This document shows, one piece after another, positions 1 through 9,426 of a stretch of DNA of 32,000 nucleotides. The position numbers and the translations under genes were made by a program. Each line of letters begins with the position of its first letter. Position 1 is the first letter of the stretch. Source of the DNA: Candidatus Karelsulcia muelleri PSPU. GTDB lineage: Bacteria > Bacteroidota > Bacteroidia > Flavobacteriales > Blattabacteriaceae. The notes beneath the pieces were generated by a model. That model saw only the letters and a list, made by a program, of their open reading frames with translations, was not told the origin of the DNA and searched no databases. The stretch covers positions 180,001-212,000 of the forward strand of contig NZ_AP013293.1 of NCBI RefSeq assembly GCF_000829155.1, written 5' to 3'.

Positions 1-439
1 AATAGTCATTTAAATAAAAAATATTTTTATAATATAATTATTTGATAGATTAATATCAATAATTGTATTTTAAACACATATTATTAGATATATCTATAAC
101 ATTAATTAAAAGATCTTATTATTTCATAAATAGTTTATTTAAAATATTATATTAATTAAAAACGATTTTATACATCTAATTTTTAATAGTATTCTATTAC
201 CCACCCCAAATTAGGACACATCTTAGTAAGTCTAGGTCATAAATATTTAGCTAATTGTATTTGTGTTTTAGCTCTTTTTTAAAAAATATCCAATATAATT
301 TGGGTACGATAAAAAACTTTAGTTTTTATTATCCATCCTTTATAATAAGGATCTTTATTAATTTTTTTAGTTCCTAATTTATATTGTGCAATATAAGTTC
401 TAAAATTATTTTTATACATTCATGATCTTTAGTAAATTT

Positions 440-1750
440 TTATTTAAATCTAAATAAAATTTTTATTGGAATACCTGTAAAATTAAATTTTTCTCTTATC
501 TTATTTTCTATAAATCTTTTATATGTTTCTTTTATAAAATTTGGATAATTAGTAAAAAAAATAAATTGAGGATTATATGTTGGAATTTGGCTACAATATT
601 TTATTTTAATATATTTTCCATTTATTGATGGGGGAGTATTTTTATATAAAATAGGTAATATAATTTTGTTAAGTAAACTTGTTTTTATTTTTAATTTTAA
701 ATTAAATGAAATTTTCACTGCAGTTTTTATAGATTTAATTATATTTTTTTTTGTAAAAGATGAAGTAAAAAATATAGGTACATCATTAAAAGGAGTTATT
801 TTTTTTTTTATTTCTTTTTCATAATTAATTGATAAATTATTTTCATTTTTTTTAATTAAATCCCATTTATTTATTAAAATAACTATTCCTTTATTATTAT
901 TCTCAATAATTTTAAATATATTCAGATCTTGAGATTCAAAACCAGATTTAATATCTATTATTAGTAGACATACATCTGAATTTTGTATAGATTTAATGGC
1001 TCTCATTACAGAATAAAATTCTATATTTTCTTTTATTTTTTTTTTTTTTCTAATACCAGCAGTATCTACTAATATACATTCAATTCCAAATTTTTGATAT
1101 AAAACATCTATACTATCTCTTGTTGTTCCAGAAATGTTTGTAACAATATTTTGATTTTTATTTAACAATGTATTTATTAAAGTTGATTTTCCTACATTAG
1201 GACGTCCTACTATAGCTATTCTAGGAAATTTTTTTTTATTTTTATTTAAATAATTTTTTCTAAATATAGAGACAATTGAATCTAATAACTCTCCTGTTCC
1301 AGTTCCATTAATAGATGATATACAATATGTATTTGAAATACCAAGTTTTAAAAAATTTGAAGTATTATCTCTATTTTTAGAGATATCTATTTTATTTATT
1401 ACTAAATAAATAATTTTTTTTAATTTTAGTAGAATTTTTGATATATCGTAATCAATACCTAAAATATCATTGCTGGGATCTACTAAAAAAAGTATAATAT
1501 CTGATTCTTCTAATGCAAAAAAAAATTGTTCACATATTTTTTTTTCAAAAATATTTTCTGATTTATTTGTATATCCTCCTGTATCTATTAAACAAAATTC
1601 TATTCCATTCCAATTGCAAAAACCATAATTTCGATCTCTAGTTACGCAACTTTTATAATTAACTATAGATTTTCTATATCCTATTAAACGATTAAAAAGT
1701 GTAGATTTTCCAACATTAGAACGTCCTACTATAGAAACTATTTTATTCAT
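440..1750 (-). CDS. der: GTPase Der (EngA), double GTP-binding domain ribosome assembly factor
   Basis: Full-length 436-aa ORF with two tandem P-loop GTPase domains (GRSNVGKST...DTGG and GRPNVGKST...DTAG...NKWD) and a C-terminal KH-like tail. Confidence 0.93.
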   Translation of the reverse strand: MNKIVSIVGRSNVGKSTLFNRLIGYRKSIVNYKSCVTRDRNYGFCNWNGIEFCLIDTGGYTNKSENIFEKKICEQFFFALEESDIILFLVDPSNDILGIDYDISKILLKLKKIIYLVINKIDISKNRDNTSNFLKLGISNTYCISSINGTGTGELLDSIVSIFRKNYLNKNKKKFPRIAIVGRPNVGKSTLINTLLNKNQNIVTNISGTTRDSIDVLYQKFGIECILVDTAGIRKKKKIKENIEFYSVMRAIKSIQNSDVCLLIIDIKSGFESQDLNIFKIIENNNKGIVILINKWDLIKKNENNLSINYEKEIKKKITPFNDVPIFFTSSFTKKNIIKSIKTAVKISFNLKLKIKTSLLNKIILPILYKNTPPSINGKYIKIKYCSQIPTYNPQFIFFTNYPNFIKETYKRFIENKIREKFNFTGIPIKILFRFK

Positions 1751-1937
1751 AACATATTAAATTTATATCTCCATAAGCATAATTTATCATACTAACTGTA
1801 GACCAAATTCTACATGAGTTTTTAACAAAGTTAAAGATAATAAATCAGCAGCAACTATTAATCCTATATTTTAGCTAAATAATAATATCTTCTTCCTGAA
1901 GAACTTTTAAATTTAAGAATTATAAAATATTTGTTTT

Positions 1938-2789
1938 TTATAATACATGTTTATATGCATTGTAAGAAGATCTTATTAATGGACCACTTTCTACATATAG
2001 AAAACCCATATCTAATGCAAGATTTTTATATTTTTTAAATAAATAAGGGTGAATAAAATTTTTTACAGGTAAATGTTTAATAGAAGGAGATAAATATTGG
2101 CCTATAGTAATGATATCAATTTTAGCATTTATACTATCTTTTAAAGTCTGTATAACTTCTTCTTCAGTTTCACCTAATCCTAACATTAGACCAGTTTTTG
2201 TTCTTATATTACTTTTAATTTTTATATATTTTAATACATTAATACTACGATCATACTTAGCTTGAACACGTACTTTTTTAGTTAATCTACGTACAGTTTC
2301 TATATTATGTGATATCACCTCTGGTTTTTCATTTATAATAATATTTATTAAATCTTCTCTTCCTTTAAAATCAGGAATTAATGTTTCTAATGTAATTTTA
2401 TAATTTATATTTCTTATAGCCTTTATTGTTTTTCCCCATATAATGGCTCCCATATCTTTTAAATCATCTCTATCTACTGATGTAATTACTGCATGTTTAA
2501 TTCTCATAATTTTTATAGAATGAGCAACTTTTTTTGGTTCCTCAAAATAAATTTTTTTTGGTTTACCTGTTTTTACTCCACAAAATTTACATGATCTTGT
2601 ACATATATTTCCTAATATCATAAAAGTAGCTACTCCTTTTCCCCAACATTCAGCTATATTAGGACAACTACCACTTTTGCAAATAGTATTTAAATTCTTA
2701 TCATTTGATAATTTAAGTATTTTATTATATTTTTTCCCTATTGGGAATTTAACACGTAACCATTTAGGTTTATAAAAATATATTTTCAT
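1938..2789 (-). CDS. lipA: Lipoyl synthase
   Basis: 283-aa ORF with the radical-SAM motif CTRSCKFC and the N-terminal auxiliary cluster motif CPNIAECW. The length is typical of LipA. Confidence 0.93.
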   Translation of the reverse strand: MKIYFYKPKWLRVKFPIGKKYNKILKLSNDKNLNTICKSGSCPNIAECWGKGVATFMILGNICTRSCKFCGVKTGKPKKIYFEEPKKVAHSIKIMRIKHAVITSVDRDDLKDMGAIIWGKTIKAIRNINYKITLETLIPDFKGREDLINIIINEKPEVISHNIETVRRLTKKVRVQAKYDRSINVLKYIKIKSNIRTKTGLMLGLGETEEEVIQTLKDSINAKIDIITIGQYLSPSIKHLPVKNFIHPYLFKKYKNLALDMGFLYVESGPLIRSSYNAYKHVL

Positions 2790-2814
2790 TTTTTTTTAAA
2801 AATCGTAAATAAAA

Positions 2815-2970
2815 TTATTTAGATTTTTTATAATCACTTACAGTCAGTTTTTTTCTTTTTTTATATTTTCTTCTTTTTAATAATTTACGTCCATTTTTAC
2901 TATTCATTCTTTTTATAAAACCATGATTATTTATTTTTTTTCTATTAGAAGGTTGATAAGTTCTTTTCAT
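2815..2970 (-). CDS. rpmH: 50S ribosomal protein L34
   Basis: Not in the ORF track. My own translation of the minus strand gives 51 aa, [51 protein letters not shown], with the classic L34 start MKRTYQPS and the HGF motif. The stop is TAA at 2815-2817. Confidence 0.88.
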   Translation of the reverse strand: MKRTYQPSNRKKINNHGFIKRMNSKNGRKLLKRRKYKKRKKLTVSDYKKSK

Positions 2971-3031
2971 TATAAAAATAAATGAATTTTTTTATTTAAA
3001 AATAAATTTAAAAATATAATAACTAAAATAA

Positions 3032-3598
3032 ATGATTATATCTACATCAAATATAAAAAAAGGTTTATGTATTATTTTTAATAATGAAATATATAAAATT
3101 ATAGAATTTCTTCATGTTAAACCTGGTAAGGGGCCTGCTTTTATAAGAACTAAATTAAAAAATTTTATTACAGGACGTATAATAGAAAATAATTTTATTT
3201 CAGGTCATAAAATAAAAGAAATTAATTTAGAATATAAAATATATATATTTTTATATAAAAATAAAATTAATTACTATTTTATGAATATCAAAGATTATAA
3301 TCAAATATCAATAGAAAAAAAATATATAAAAAAATACAAATTTTTAAAATCTGGACAAGAAGTAATTATTATTTATAAAGAAAATAATAAAACGCCATTT
3401 TATGTTAAAATTCCTTCAAAAGTAATTTTAAAAGTAATTGATACAGAAATTGCTTTAAAAGGAGATACAGTAACAAATACCAATAAATATGTAAAGCTTG
3501 AAACAGGCTTGATTATACAAGTTCCACTTTTTATAAATATAGGTGATAATATAAAAATTAATACTGAAAATTCAATGTATATAGAAAGAATAAAATAA
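3032..3598 (+). CDS. efp: Translation elongation factor P
   Basis: 188-aa ORF with the EF-P loop motif VKPGKGPAFIRTKLKN and a typical three-domain length. Confidence 0.92.
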   Translation: MIISTSNIKKGLCIIFNNEIYKIIEFLHVKPGKGPAFIRTKLKNFITGRIIENNFISGHKIKEINLEYKIYIFLYKNKINYYFMNIKDYNQISIEKKYIKKYKFLKSGQEVIIIYKENNKTPFYVKIPSKVILKVIDTEIALKGDTVTNTNKYVKLETGLIIQVPLFINIGDNIKINTENSMYIERIK

Positions 3599-3600
3599 TT

Positions 3601-4482
3601 ATGAGTATATTAGTTAATAAATTTTCTAAAATTATAGTACAAGGCTTTACAGGAAAAGAAGGATCATTTCATTCTAATAAAATGATTTCTTATGGAACTC
3701 CTATAATTGGAGGGGTAACTCCAGGAAAAGGAGGAAAAAAACATTTAGGAAAACCTGTATTTAATACAGTAGAAGAAGCTGTAAAAAAATTAAATGCTAA
3801 TGTTAGTATAATATTTGTTCCACCTATGTTTGCATATGATGCAATTATTGAATCAATAGATTCAGGTATAAAAATAATAGTATGTATAACTGAAGGTATA
3901 CCTATTTCAGATATGTTAAAAATAAAAAATTATATTAATTTTAAAAAAAAATGTTTATTAATAGGACCAAATTGTCCTGGAATAATAACACCTAATGAGG
4001 CTAAAGTAGGAATAATGCCTGGATTTATTTTTAAAAAAGGAAGAGTCGGAATTGTTTCTAAATCAGGTACTCTTACATACGAAGCAGCCGATCAAATTGT
4101 AAAATCAGGATATGGAATATCTACAGCTGTAGGAATAGGAGGAGATCCTATTATAGGAACTACAATGAAATATATTATATCAGAATTTTTTAATGATTCT
4201 GAAACAGATATCATCGTTATGATAGGAGAAATAGGAGGAAAATTAGAAATAGATGCTGCAAAATGGATAAAAAATAAAAAAAATAAAAAACCAGTTTTAT
4301 GTTTTATTGCAGGACAGACAGCTCCAAAAGGAAGAACTATGGGACATGCGGGAGCAATAATAGGCAATAAAAATGATACGGCTATTTATAAAATAAATAT
4401 TTTAAAAAATTGTGGAATACATATAGTAAAATATCATTCACAAATAGGAAATGCAGTATTTAATTATTTTAATAATTGTTAA
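3601..4482 (+). CDS. sucD: Succinate--CoA ligase (ADP-forming) alpha subunit
   Basis: 293-aa ORF with the CoA-binding N-terminus QGFTGKEG, the SKSGTLTYE motif and the phosphohistidine loop GRTMGHAGAII. No sucC lies next to it. Confidence 0.93.
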   Translation: MSILVNKFSKIIVQGFTGKEGSFHSNKMISYGTPIIGGVTPGKGGKKHLGKPVFNTVEEAVKKLNANVSIIFVPPMFAYDAIIESIDSGIKIIVCITEGIPISDMLKIKNYINFKKKCLLIGPNCPGIITPNEAKVGIMPGFIFKKGRVGIVSKSGTLTYEAADQIVKSGYGISTAVGIGGDPIIGTTMKYIISEFFNDSETDIIVMIGEIGGKLEIDAAKWIKNKKNKKPVLCFIAGQTAPKGRTMGHAGAIIGNKNDTAIYKINILKNCGIHIVKYHSQIGNAVFNYFNNC

Positions 4483-4638
4483 AAAATTTATAAAGAACGG
4501 GGGGTAATAAAATGTATAAAATATCCAATCTTATCTGATATAAATCAAATACAACTATTTATTTGGAGTTACCATTAGTAATGAATGTTAATTCAGCTAT
4601 TCGTATGGTAGATGCACTTAAATATTCTTAATAACTTT

Positions 4639-5412
4639 TTATAAGTAGGCCCATCTAATTTTATTATTTAATTTTTTATCAATTACAATTGTAATTGATA
4701 AAATCAAAATTAAAATTTTAGATTTATCATATAATGATAAAAATTTATTTGATGATATTATAGCAATCATATTATTATATATATGTATTAATATACATAT
4801 ATTTATCGAGAAAGTAGTTACATAACTAACTCCAATAATATTTCCTATAAAAAATCCACTTATAAATTGTAATATATTCATATGAATAAATCCAAATAAT
4901 AATGAAGAAAATAAAATGGCTTTTATAGGATCTTCATTATTATATAATATATTTAATATTATTCCTCTGAATAATATTTCTTCAAAAAATGGGGCTAATA
5001 GTGTTATTGTAGGTATAAATATATATGGATATTTATATGTTTTTATATCTAAATTTTTTATATCTTTCAAAGATTGTTTTGAAACAAAAAATTTATTTAA
5101 TCCACAAAAATAATTATTAAATAATATTATAAAAATTATAAAAATAAAAAAAAAATAATAATTTATTTTTTTATTTTTTTTTTTTAAAAATATAATTTTT
5201 TTATTATTTTTATTATTTTTAATATATATATATATTAATATATATGGAAATATATAAAGTGTATAAAATAAAGTATATTTATTTATATTTAAAATATAAA
5301 AATAGTTTTTTAAAATTAAAGTTAAAATTTTAAAAATTATAAATTTTAAAATTATTTCTATTGAATATTTGTAACTGAATTTTGAGTTCAGCACGTATAT
5401 AATTTTTGTCAT
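4639..5412 (-). CDS. CPBP family (CAAX-type) intramembrane glutamic endopeptidase
   Basis: 257-aa polytopic membrane ORF with the family motifs EEILFRG and FGFIH in the C-terminal half. The N-terminal half is low-complexity and hydrophobic. Confidence 0.65.
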   Translation of the reverse strand: MTKIIYVLNSKFSYKYSIEIILKFIIFKILTLILKNYFYILNINKYTLFYTLYIFPYILIYIYIKNNKNNKKIIFLKKKNKKINYYFFFIFIIFIILFNNYFCGLNKFFVSKQSLKDIKNLDIKTYKYPYIFIPTITLLAPFFEEILFRGIILNILYNNEDPIKAILFSSLLFGFIHMNILQFISGFFIGNIIGVSYVTTFSINICILIHIYNNMIAIISSNKFLSLYDKSKILILILSITIVIDKKLNNKIRWAYL

Positions 5413-5427
5413 CCATGTTTAATAAAG

Positions 5428-5511
5428 TGCGGGTAAAGGGACTTGAACCCCCATATCTGTAAAGATACTAGATCCTAAGTCTAGCGTGTATACCAATTCC
5501 ACCATACCCGC
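5428..5511 (-). tRNA. tRNA-Leu (anticodon UAG), class II with long variable arm
   Basis: Manual cloverleaf on the minus strand: acceptor gcgggta/tacccgc, anticodon stem ctaga/tctag, loop cTTAGga, T arm ggggg-ttcaagt-ccctt (one terminal mismatch). CCA is not encoded. Confidence 0.85.
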
Positions 5512-5533
5512 ATGTTTTTTTTTACGTTTATAG

Positions 5534-5623
5534 CTATTTTTTTTTATGTCTATTTTTTCTACTTTTTTTTTTACGTTTATGTGTAGCTATTTTTTTTTTT
5601 TTTCTTTTTTTTCCGTTTGGCAT
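5534..5623 (-). CDS. 29-aa poly-basic peptide resembling the small ribosome-associated protein conserved in Bacteroidota (bS22/AURKAIP1-COX24-like)
   Basis: Not in the ORF track. My own translation gives MPNGKKRKKKKIATHKRKKKSRKNRHKKK ending in TAG. The pattern MP.GKKRK...ATHKRKKR.RKNRHKKK is what I recall for this family. The gene sits 14 nt downstream of the korA stop. Confidence 0.55.
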   Translation of the reverse strand: MPNGKKRKKKKIATHKRKKKSRKNRHKKK

Positions 5624-5637
5624 ATTTTAATTAAATT

Positions 5638-7383
5638 TTAAATTAACTGATATACTTTATTCATTATATCAGATATTGTAAAAGGAATTCCTTTTATTTT
5701 ATTTAAAGCAATTGGATCTATTAAAAAATTATTTCGTATAATATTAATTAATTGACCATTATTTATTTCGGGAATAAGAATTTTTTCAAAATTATATATT
5801 ATTTCTTTAATTCCATTAGGAAATGGATAGAGATATTCTAAATGCATACTAGATACAGAATATCCTTTTATAATCAGTTTTTTAACTGCTTCTGTTATAC
5901 AACCATAAGTAGATCCCCAACTTAATATTAGTAATTTTCCTTTTTTTTTACCTATATTAATTTTTTGAATAGGTAAATATTTTTTTATTTTATTTATTTT
6001 ATTTTGACGATATTTTATCATCAATTCATGATTATCTTTATCAGTAGATACATTTCCTGTTAAATGTTTTTTTTCTAATCCTCCTATTATATTTTCAAAG
6101 CCTATATTACCTGGTTTAACCCAATATCTTACTCCATTTTTATTTCTTTCATATGGAAAATATATAATATTTTTATTATAATTAATTTTAATTTTATTTA
6201 ATTTTTTTTCTTTAGGAATTTTCCATGTTTCATAGCAATTTGCTATATATCCATCACTAAGGATTATAACTGGAGTCATATATTCTATAGCAATTTTACA
6301 AGCAATAAAAGATATATAAAAACAATTAGAAGGAGATTTAGAAGCCAGTATTGGAATAGGACATTCTCCATGTCTTCCATAAAAAGCTTGCAATAAATCG
6401 GATTGTTCTGTTTTAGTTGGTAATCCTGTAGAAGGCCCAGCACGTTGAACATTTATAACTACTAATGGTAGTTCTAACATAAAACATAAACCTAATCCTT
6501 CTTGTTTAAGTGACATTCCAGGGCCTGAAGTTCCAGTCATACCTAAATGACCTGAATAAGATGCTCCTATTGATGAAGTAATAGCAGATATTTCATCTTC
6601 AGCTTGAAATGTTTTTATTCCATTTATTTTAATATTAGATAAATAACTAAATATTTCTGAAGCTGGAGTAATAGGATATCCTGAATAAAACATTTTTATA
6701 TTTGCTTTTTTACAAGCTGCAATTAATCCTAATGAAATACCTTCGTTTCCATTTATATTTATATAATTTTTTAATTTTAAATTAGAAATTAATTTTAATT
6801 TTTTTTCTTTTAAAAAAAAGTTTTTTTTACCAAAAAAAAATCCAGCTTTTAATAAAATTAAATTTATTTTAATTTTTTTTTTAAAAAATTTAATTTTTAT
6901 AAAATTTTTAATTTTATTTATTGATATATTATAAAACCAACATAAAAATCCTAATATAAACATATTATTATTTTTTATGTTTAATTTATTTTTAATTTTT
7001 ATATTATAAAATATATAATTTTTATTTTTTAAAGGATTTTCTAAATATCCTGCTAATTTTAATTGTTTTTTATTAAATCCAGAAATTTCAGCTATAATTA
7101 TTCCTCCAATTTTTAATTTATTTAAATATTTTTTTAATGAAAATGCATTCATTACTATGAATACATCATATTTATCTCCTATATATGAGATTTTTTTATG
7201 GCTAATATTTATTTTAAATACAGAAATTCCTGATTTAATATTAGTTGAACGTATTTCAGAAGGAAAATCTGAAACAGTACTTATATAATTTCCTAATGAA
7301 GTACATATATATGCAAATATTTTTCCAAGAAATTGGATTCCTTCTCCAGAATTTCCAGCAAATAGTATATTTATACTATTCAT
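5638..7383 (-). CDS. korA: 2-oxoglutarate:ferredoxin (2-oxoacid:acceptor) oxidoreductase alpha subunit
   Basis: 581-aa ORF with GYPITPASE, EDEISAITSSIGASYSG, TSGPGMSLKQEGLG and VINVQRAGPSTGLPTKTEQSDL, which are the fused gamma/alpha domains of KorA-type enzymes. Confidence 0.88.
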   Translation of the reverse strand: MNSINILFAGNSGEGIQFLGKIFAYICTSLGNYISTVSDFPSEIRSTNIKSGISVFKINISHKKISYIGDKYDVFIVMNAFSLKKYLNKLKIGGIIIAEISGFNKKQLKLAGYLENPLKNKNYIFYNIKIKNKLNIKNNNMFILGFLCWFYNISINKIKNFIKIKFFKKKIKINLILLKAGFFFGKKNFFLKEKKLKLISNLKLKNYININGNEGISLGLIAACKKANIKMFYSGYPITPASEIFSYLSNIKINGIKTFQAEDEISAITSSIGASYSGHLGMTGTSGPGMSLKQEGLGLCFMLELPLVVINVQRAGPSTGLPTKTEQSDLLQAFYGRHGECPIPILASKSPSNCFYISFIACKIAIEYMTPVIILSDGYIANCYETWKIPKEKKLNKIKINYNKNIIYFPYERNKNGVRYWVKPGNIGFENIIGGLEKKHLTGNVSTDKDNHELMIKYRQNKINKIKKYLPIQKINIGKKKGKLLILSWGSTYGCITEAVKKLIIKGYSVSSMHLEYLYPFPNGIKEIIYNFEKILIPEINNGQLINIIRNNFLIDPIALNKIKGIPFTISDIMNKVYQLI

Positions 7384-7385
7384 GT

Positions 7386-8396
7386 TTATATATTATTTAT
7401 ATATGTAAAATTTATTATTTTTTTAGCTATTTTTAGAAAAATATAATATATTTTTTTTTCATTTTTTAATACAATTGGACATCCAAAATCAGCAGATTTT
7501 CTAATACTTTCTATTATTGGAATTTCTCCTAAAAATTTAATATTTAAATATTTTGCCATTTTTTTAACTCCTTCTTCTCCAAAAATATAATATTTTTTAT
7601 TAGGTGATTCTTTAGGAGAAAAAAATGACATATTTTCTATAATTCCTATTATAGGAACATTAATCTGTTTAAGATTAAACATAGCTATTGATTTTCTAAC
7701 ATCTATTAAAGATATTATTTGAGGAGTACTTACTAAAATAACGCCCGTTATATTTAATTCTTGTATTAGAGAGAGAGTAATATCTCCAGTACCTGGAGGT
7801 AAATCTACTATTAAAAAATCTAATTTATCCCAAAAAGATTCATTTATAAATTCTTTTATAGCTTTACTTGCCATTGGTCCACGCCAAACTATAGCTTGAT
7901 TTAATTCTGAAAAAAAACCTATAGATAAAATTTTTATGCCATATTTAATAATAGGTAGTATTTTTTTACAATTTTCAATCTCTATTATAGATATTTTTTC
8001 ATTTTCAATATCAAACATTAAAGGTATTGAGGGACCATAAAGATCAGCATCTAATAATCCTACTTTAAATCCAAGATTTGATATTGTTAAAGCTATATTA
8101 GCAGCTATAGTTGATTTTCCTACCCCTCCTTTTCCAGAAGCGATTACAATAATATTTTTTATATTATTAATATATTTTTTTTCTTTTATATTTGAAATAA
8201 TTTTAATTTTAATATTTTTATATATATTTTTATATATACATTTTTTTATTTTTGATTCAATTTTTTTTTTATCATTAATATGATTTAATTCTATTTTAAT
8301 TAGAATTTTATTATTATTATATATAATAATATCAATTTTATTCTTAATTCCAATTTTTTTTATTAATTTTAAAATTTTATATTTAATTTTATTCAT
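7386..8396 (-). CDS. apbC: Fe-S cluster carrier ATPase (Mrp/ApbC/NBP35 family)
   Basis: 336-aa ORF with the deviant Walker A motif ASGKGGVGKST, then LLDADLYGPSIP and DLPPGTGD. The N-terminal ~80 aa are low-complexity. Confidence 0.88.
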   Translation of the reverse strand: MNKIKYKILKLIKKIGIKNKIDIIIYNNNKILIKIELNHINDKKKIESKIKKCIYKNIYKNIKIKIISNIKEKKYINNIKNIIVIASGKGGVGKSTIAANIALTISNLGFKVGLLDADLYGPSIPLMFDIENEKISIIEIENCKKILPIIKYGIKILSIGFFSELNQAIVWRGPMASKAIKEFINESFWDKLDFLIVDLPPGTGDITLSLIQELNITGVILVSTPQIISLIDVRKSIAMFNLKQINVPIIGIIENMSFFSPKESPNKKYYIFGEEGVKKMAKYLNIKFLGEIPIIESIRKSADFGCPIVLKNEKKIYYIFLKIAKKIINFTYINNI

Positions 8397-9370
8397 TTTT
8401 TTTTATTAAAAGCATTTTTGATTTTTATCATTGTAATATTTGCTATTTTTTGAGCTTCTTCAGCTCCTTTATTTAAAATATAATATATTATATTTTTATT
8501 TTTTAAAAAAAATTTATATTTTTTTCTTTCATTTGAAAAACTATATATTATATATTTATATAATTCTATTTTTGCTTTTTCATATCCAAATTCTTTTTCA
8601 AAAAGAATTTTTTTTTCAAAATTTAAAATTTCAGCTTTATTAGCTAATAATATATATATATTATATATAATATCATTATTTAATTCCTCATAATAGGATA
8701 TTTTATTATTATTTGTATGTATATTCATTATTTGTTTTTTTATTTCTTTTTTAGAATAAAAAATATTTATTGTATTCTTTTTAGATTTACTCATTTTAGA
8801 TCCATCTATCCCTGGTATAGACATTGAATTTTTTTTCATTTTAGCTTCTGGTATTACAAATATTTTTTTAATTTTATTATTAATTTTTTTTGCAATTTTT
8901 CTAGTTATTTCAATATGTTGTAATTGATCTTTTCCAACGAAAACTATTTTTGTTTCAAAAAGAAGTATATCTGCTGCCATTAATATGGGATATGTAAAAA
9001 GTCCAATATTTCTATTTTTATTAGAATTCTTAATATTTTTAAATGAATGAGATAACTTCAATCTTTTATAAGGGAAAAAACAATTTAAATACCAAAAAAG
9101 TTCCGTTATTTGAGGAATATCAGATTGTTTGTATAATATTGCTTTATCTATATTTAATCCACAAGCTAACCATGCAGCGGCTATTTTATATGTATTATCT
9201 TTAATATCTTTAATATTTTTTATTTTTGTGAGTGAGTGTAAATCAGCTATTAAAATAAAAACTTTTTCTAATGAATTATTCACTATATCAATAATTGGTA
9301 ACATTACTCCTAATACATTTCCTATATGTGGAATACCAGTACTTTTAATTCCTGTTAAGATTCTCGACAT
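8393..9370 (-). CDS. trpS: Tryptophan--tRNA ligase
   Basis: 325-aa class I synthetase with the HIGN motif (GIPHIGNVLG) and the KMSKS motif (GSKMSKSKKN). It overlaps the apbC start by 4 nt. Confidence 0.92.
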   Translation of the reverse strand: MSRILTGIKSTGIPHIGNVLGVMLPIIDIVNNSLEKVFILIADLHSLTKIKNIKDIKDNTYKIAAAWLACGLNIDKAILYKQSDIPQITELFWYLNCFFPYKRLKLSHSFKNIKNSNKNRNIGLFTYPILMAADILLFETKIVFVGKDQLQHIEITRKIAKKINNKIKKIFVIPEAKMKKNSMSIPGIDGSKMSKSKKNTINIFYSKKEIKKQIMNIHTNNNKISYYEELNNDIIYNIYILLANKAEILNFEKKILFEKEFGYEKAKIELYKYIIYSFSNERKKYKFFLKNKNIIYYILNKGAEEAQKIANITMIKIKNAFNKKK

Positions 9371-9426
9371 TATTTTTTATATTTTATTTAAATATATATA
9401 TTTAAATAAAATAAAATTTGTTATAA

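Noticed and set aside
4092-4367. Antisense ORFs in the track: 4092-4367, 4916-5113, 7245-7436, 8440-8643, 9129-9569, 10293-10490, 11720-11911, 17900-18121, 26868-27104, 29545-29925.
   Set aside because: Each lies mostly or entirely within, and antisense to, a well-supported conserved gene (9129-9569 also runs into the start of same-strand resB). Each also has low-complexity or shadow-frame composition with no recognisable motifs. They are typical spurious ORFs of AT-rich DNA.
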